NCBI GenBank assembly: GCA_041690395.1
Contig: JAWLHJ010000006.1
Coordinates: 294,530-358,529 of the forward strand
Origin: Longimicrobiales bacterium
GTDB lineage: Bacteria > Gemmatimonadota > Gemmatimonadetes > Longimicrobiales > Gaopeijiaceae
Length of the DNA: 64,000 bases
Direction of reading: 5' to 3'
Numbering within the stretch: the first letter of the stretch is position 1; every line of letters begins with the position of its first letter. Position numbers and translations under genes: made by a program. A model generated the notes under the pieces. That model did not search any database, was not told the DNA's origin, and saw nothing but the letters and a program-made list of their open reading frames with translations. This document shows positions 59,362 to 64,000 of the stretch, one piece after another.

Positions 59362-62109
59362 ATGGTCCATCAGCTCCGCCATCTCCGTCACCCGGCCTCC
59401 GCCATCCTGCTTTCGTGCGTCTTCCTCAACGCGTGCGGCAGCGACGACCCCACCCGGACCGAACCTCGGCACTCGGTCGCGGTCTCGGTTGCCACGACTG
59501 GAGAGGACCCGGACCCGGACGGATACACGATCCGTCTGGGGGCCGACGAGCGCGAGGTGGGCCCGTCGGGCTCGGTCTCCTTCGACAACCTGCCCCCGGG
59601 CTCGTACGAGGTGATCCTGGATGGGATCGCGGCCAATTGCAGCGCCGAGGACGGACCGAGCGCGACCGTCACCGTGACGGAAACGGGTGGCGGCGCGGTG
59701 AGCTTCGGCGTCGTCTGCGCCTCCATTCTCGAGACCGGCACGTTCGCGGTGGTCCAGTGTCCCGGACTGTCGGTGCCGGTCGGCTCGGCCCGGCCCATGA
59801 CCCTGCTCGAGATCGGCACGCTACCGCCGAGCTTCGAGCCCCCGCTCTTCGCCCATGCTCTTTGGGAAGGAGGTGGAACGTCCGAGGTCGCGATGTCGTT
59901 CGTCCATCGTTCCGACGACGGGTCGGTGACGATGGTCGTGCCTTATCACCCGTCGGGCGATCTCGACGGTGGCAACGTGACCCTGCGGGTCGGCGCGGAC
60001 CTCGATGCGTGCCCGGCCATCGATTTCGAGATCGATCCCCTGCCGGAGGCTCCGGGTGAACTCACGGCCACGGTCGATCTCATGCAGGAGGTGATCGAGC
60101 GGCAGGCCGCCCTCGTGGGCGTCACGGTGGCCGAGCTCCAGGCTCTCGATGGCTCGGAGACCCTGGCCGCTCCGTTACTCCCGCTCCTGGTCGCGCAGAG
60201 CGTCGTCGATCACCCCGCGAATCCGAACTCCCTCAGGGCGGTCGCGGAAGGGACCGCACCCGCGCTCGGCGGCACGCCCCCGTCCTTCGTGGACCGGATG
60301 CTCGCGGGAATCAGCTTTCGGGAGTCGCTGGAGGCGGCTCTTGCCGCCATCGATGCGGAAGCGGCCGGTGCTCCGCAGGGGCCCGCCCGCACCGACGCGT
60401 TGGACTGCCTGGCACTCACGATCGAGACCGCCTCGCTGCTGAACGATTGCATGACCCTGGCCAACTCGGCCGCCTTCCATATGGACGGGGCCTTGGGTCA
60501 GGCGATGTCGGACGTCGGTACGGTGGTGGGTGCCGCCGGTAACGTGAACCATCCCGGCCTCCAGGTGGGCGCGTTCGTGACCGGGGGACTCATCTGGGCC
60601 CTCCAGAAGCTCCAGGAGGGAACCGCCAACCTCCTGCCCTCGCATTTCACGGGCATGGGCCTCGAGGCCACGCCGATGTCGTTCCTCGAAGACGACACCG
60701 TGTCCGGGGAATGGACGGTCGACGTCCGCGCGGCCAGCAGGGGGTGGGAGCTCGATCAGGCCGTCCTGGAGGCACTCGGCCAGATCGGAGGCGGGCTCGG
60801 TGCCTACGACGCGTGGCTCAATCGATTCATGGACACCCAGTTCGCGGTCGACCTCGCCGGCTTCGTCACGGGTGAAGTGGTGTCCAACGCCGTCGGTGCG
60901 AGTGGCGGCGCCGGGCTCATCGAGATTCCAGTCCAGTCGTTCGGGCCCGTGGACATCTCCGACGAAGAGTGGAGCGACCGGACCTTGGCCCCTGACGCCT
61001 CGGTGGCCATGACCTCACACAATGGGTACGAGCCGCGCCGGCGAGGCACGTCCACGCTCGTCGTCCGGTCCAAGGACGGGCTCTTCGGGTTTCAACAGAT
61101 CGACGACAACGTCGAGCTCACCGTTCAGACGCTGCAGATCGAGATCGCGCCGGACGAAGTGGTGCTCGCCCCCGGGCAGGAGACCACGCTCACCGTGACC
61201 GTCATCGGCTCGGCCTTCCCACACATGGTCGAGATCGATCCGACCACGGAAGCGGATCTGCTCGGGTCGGCCACGCTCATCCTCGGGGCGGACAGCGTCC
61301 ACACGATCCACTACACGGCGCCCGACGAGCCCTTGAACGAGGTGGATCTACTGGTCGTGCGTCATACGGCGGAGACCGGAGCGCTCGGGCACAGCGGGGA
61401 GGAGCGCAAGGAGACGGCCACCATCCGCCTCGCGTCGTTCGAGATCGCGACGCCCCCGGAATGCCTCGAGGTGGGGTCCCCTCCGCTCCAGATCGACCTG
61501 AACCCACCGCTCGGCGGCGGCCTCGAGCTCGTCTGGAGCGCATCGGCGGGCGAGATCACGCAGGACGGCCTGTTCACGCCGCCCGACGAGCCGGCTCAGG
61601 TGGTGATTCGCGTGGCCCTAGCCGACGACCCCACCGTGTTCGACGAGCTCACGCTTCCGGTCGGTGGGTGCTCGTGTCAGATCTCGGTCTCCCTGGATGG
61701 GAGCGCAGGCTCGCCGACGTCCGCCCAGTTCACGCTCACGCCGTCGCTGGATGAAGTCATCGTGGTCGGCTGGGGCGGGATGGAAGGCTCCGGCAACATT
61801 GGTTTCGGCACCGACCCCTACAACCCGGAAAACCTTCCGGTCGGCGCGACGGGCGCGTTCGACGGCCAGGGCTCCGGGAGCGTGGGATTCGTCGGATTCA
61901 TCAATCCCGACGACCTGGATGACCCGACGATCCCTCCCCTCATGGTCTCCGTGACCGAGAACGACGGGAACGTCTTCGAAGGCTCGGTGTCGGGCCAGGT
62001 CGCCAGACTGGGCGACGCGGAAACGATCTTGAGCTTCAACATGACGTTCCGTATCGAGGCGGACCCCACGTGGAGCACCGAGACCGTGAAGATGTGCCGG
62101 ATCGACTAG
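59362..62109 (+). CDS. large acidic lipoprotein with Ig-like segments, function unknown
   Basis: lipobox FLNAC; TTGEDPDPDGY..LPPGSYEV..AANC module; WSASAGEITQDGLFTPP Ig-like motif. Confidence 0.75.
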   Translation: MVHQLRHLRHPASAILLSCVFLNACGSDDPTRTEPRHSVAVSVATTGEDPDPDGYTIRLGADEREVGPSGSVSFDNLPPGSYEVILDGIAANCSAEDGPSATVTVTETGGGAVSFGVVCASILETGTFAVVQCPGLSVPVGSARPMTLLEIGTLPPSFEPPLFAHALWEGGGTSEVAMSFVHRSDDGSVTMVVPYHPSGDLDGGNVTLRVGADLDACPAIDFEIDPLPEAPGELTATVDLMQEVIERQAALVGVTVAELQALDGSETLAAPLLPLLVAQSVVDHPANPNSLRAVAEGTAPALGGTPPSFVDRMLAGISFRESLEAALAAIDAEAAGAPQGPARTDALDCLALTIETASLLNDCMTLANSAAFHMDGALGQAMSDVGTVVGAAGNVNHPGLQVGAFVTGGLIWALQKLQEGTANLLPSHFTGMGLEATPMSFLEDDTVSGEWTVDVRAASRGWELDQAVLEALGQIGGGLGAYDAWLNRFMDTQFAVDLAGFVTGEVVSNAVGASGGAGLIEIPVQSFGPVDISDEEWSDRTLAPDASVAMTSHNGYEPRRRGTSTLVVRSKDGLFGFQQIDDNVELTVQTLQIEIAPDEVVLAPGQETTLTVTVIGSAFPHMVEIDPTTEADLLGSATLILGADSVHTIHYTAPDEPLNEVDLLVVRHTAETGALGHSGEERKETATIRLASFEIATPPECLEVGSPPLQIDLNPPLGGGLELVWSASAGEITQDGLFTPPDEPAQVVIRVALADDPTVFDELTLPVGGCSCQISVSLDGSAGSPTSAQFTLTPSLDEVIVVGWGGMEGSGNIGFGTDPYNPENLPVGATGAFDGQGSGSVGFVGFINPDDLDDPTIPPLMVSVTENDGNVFEGSVSGQVARLGDAETILSFNMTFRIEADPTWSTETVKMCRID

Positions 62110-62156
62110 CCCTGCCAGACGAGCAGCCCGTGGCAGGGACCACGGGCTGCTCCCCT

Positions 62157-64000
62157 TCACTCCGATCGCAGCGCCGACTGCGGATCGACCGCGCTGGCCC
62201 GGCGGGCCGGCAGCCAACACGCGAACGCGGCGACTCCGACCAGCACGCATGTGACCGCCGCGTAGGTCAGCGGATCGCGGGCCGACACGTCGTAGAGGAG
62301 GCTCGACAGGACCCGCCCCGTCAGCAGCGCTCCCGACAGGCCGACCACGACCGCCACGGCCACGAGTCCCATCCCCTGGCGAACGACCAGACCGACAATG
62401 CCGCCGCGCTCGGCACCCAGCGCGAGCCGGATCCCGATCTCCCTGGTGCGTTGCTGCACCTGGTAGGAAAGCACGCCGTAGATCCCGATGGCCGCCAGGG
62501 CCAGCGCGACCCCCGCGAAGACCAGCTGCAGGAAGAGGTTGAACCGCTCCGCGGCCATCGAGCTCCGCACCGTCTCCCGCACCGTGGTTTCGCCGTATAC
62601 CGGCAGGTCCGGATCGAGCGCCCTCACCTCGGTGCGGACGGCTCCCACGAGCGTCTCCGGCTCCAGCTCCGTCCTGGCGAGAACGCTCATGCCGCGTACC
62701 GGAAACCAGGTCCGTGGCGTCTGCTCGTGCAGGAGATACAGGTGTGCCCGCGGCTCGGTCTGGAGCTGTTCCTGCCGGACCGACCCGACGACGCCCACGA
62801 CGCGGGCGTACTCCGGAGCGCCAAACTGACGCACCATCGCGCCGAGAGCCGCTGACGGCTCGCCGAAGAACCGGCGGGCGAACGGCTCGTCAACCACAGC
62901 GACGACCTCCGAGGTCTCATCGTCGGTGTCGTCGAACGCGCGACCGACCAGGAGAGGGATACCCATGGTCTCGAAGTAGCCGGTCGACACGACCTGGATG
63001 TCGGAATTCAACGGGGGGTCGTCGGGGTTCGACGGTCGCCCCTCGAACTCGATGTCGTTGGGAGGGAGGCTGCCCGTCAGGGGCGGCGTGCGCACGAGGC
63101 CCGCTGACGCCACGCCCGGTATCCCCTCGACTCGCGACAGCAGGTCGGAGTAGAAACGGGTGACGTCGCTCGGTTCCGGATAACTGTTCGTCGGTATGCT
63201 CAGCGAGGCCGAGAGGACCGCGTCAGCACTGAACCCCGGATCGATCCGCGTCAGATTGCCGAAGCTCCGCAGGAGCAGCCCGCCCCCGATCAGGAGCATG
63301 ACGGCCAGCGCCGTTTGCCCGACGACGAGCACCCCGCGGAGCCGGAAGCGCTCCTTGCCGGCCGTGCCCCCCCGTCCGCCGCCGCTGTGGAGGGCGGCGC
63401 GAAGGTCAGTTCGGAGCGCCCGGAACGCCGGAGCCAGGCCGAACAGTAGGCCACTCAGGAGGGTGGCTCCCGCCGTGAATGCGAGCACGGTCCCGTCGAG
63501 CCCGACCCCGTCCAGCCGGGGGATATCCGCCGGCGCGAGCGCGATGAGCGAAGTCAGGCCGAAGCGTGCGACGACCAGTCCCGCGGCTCCCCCGAGCAGC
63601 GCGAGAACGAGGCTCTCCGTCACGAGCTGCCGCACGATCCGGCCCCGTCCCGCTCCCATCGCGGAGCGCACGGAGATCTCCCGCGCGCGGCCCTCGGCTC
63701 GCACCAGCAGGAGATTCGCCACGTTCGCGCAGGCGATGAGGAGCACCAGCCCGACCGCGCCGAGCAGAACGAGCAGGGAGGTCCGGACGTCACCCACGAC
63801 ATCGGCTTGGAGCGGCCTCAGGAAGGCGGGATGCGCCGTCGTATTCCAGCTGTGACCCAGAGTATGGTCGGCCCCCCACCCCTCGACGAGACGTTCCAGC
63901 TCGAGCGTGGCCGCCTCCAGCGTCACACCCGGCGCGAGCCGCCCCAGGATCCGCGCGAAGTGGCTCGAACGACTGGGCGGATCGGCCGTATCGATACCCG
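62157..64000 (-). CDS. ADOP-family duplicated ABC permease (MacB/FtsX domains), 5' end beyond window
   Basis: LLIACANVANLLL, REISVRSAMGA, RTREIGIRLALGA, PARRASAVDP; frame open to the window edge. Confidence 0.93.
   Translation of the reverse strand, partial: GIDTADPPSRSSHFARILGRLAPGVTLEAATLELERLVEGWGADHTLGHSWNTTAHPAFLRPLQADVVGDVRTSLLVLLGAVGLVLLIACANVANLLLVRAEGRAREISVRSAMGAGRGRIVRQLVTESLVLALLGGAAGLVVARFGLTSLIALAPADIPRLDGVGLDGTVLAFTAGATLLSGLLFGLAPAFRALRTDLRAALHSGGGRGGTAGKERFRLRGVLVVGQTALAVMLLIGGGLLLRSFGNLTRIDPGFSADAVLSASLSIPTNSYPEPSDVTRFYSDLLSRVEGIPGVASAGLVRTPPLTGSLPPNDIEFEGRPSNPDDPPLNSDIQVVSTGYFETMGIPLLVGRAFDDTDDETSEVVAVVDEPFARRFFGEPSAALGAMVRQFGAPEYARVVGVVGSVRQEQLQTEPRAHLYLLHEQTPRTWFPVRGMSVLARTELEPETLVGAVRTEVRALDPDLPVYGETTVRETVRSSMAAERFNLFLQLVFAGVALALAAIGIYGVLSYQVQQRTREIGIRLALGAERGGIVGLVVRQGMGLVAVAVVVGLSGALLTGRVLSSLLYDVSARDPLTYAAVTCVLVGVAAFACWLPARRASAVDPQSALRSE

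Noticed and set aside
59278..64000. Possible horizontally acquired segment (slightly more A/T-ending codons by eye)
   Set aside because: Could not be quantified here; no integrase, tRNA or flanking direct repeats seen
1..64000. tRNA, rRNA, IS elements, prophage or known defence systems
   Set aside because: No cloverleaf or rRNA signatures, and no transposase, integrase, phage or recognisable defence genes were found by eye

Overview
High-GC bacterial chromosomal window with about 45 densely packed genes. I saw no rRNA, tRNA, transposase or cas genes. The gene repertoire (ADOP permease, choice-of-anchor B, DUF4159 and PorV-like proteins, many exported hydrolases) suggests Gemmatimonadota or a similar lineage; this is inference. 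Housekeeping genes: hup, infA, cyclophilin, ettA, mscS, feoB, gltB-gltD, panG-like-panB-panC. The main uncharacterised system is a 15.5-kb, nine-gene envelope operon (10011-25521). It encodes two DUF4159-like proteins, two membrane vWA proteins, a MoxR ATPase, DUF58, a TPR-gluzincin peptidase, a caspase-fold protein with Ser at the catalytic Cys position, and a large coiled-coil protein with a Gly-X-Y tract. Other notable items: two sequence-unrelated palindromic mini-arrays with about 61-bp period between convergent genes; a DEAD-box protein with degenerate catalytic motifs; a zinc-ribbon ORF missing from the ORF track that would need a non-canonical start; a pair of degenerate pilin-like genes; and a membrane-anchored DtxR/MntR-FeoA-FeoA regulator with a candidate operator upstream of feoB. 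All family calls come from reading motifs by eye; no searches were run.
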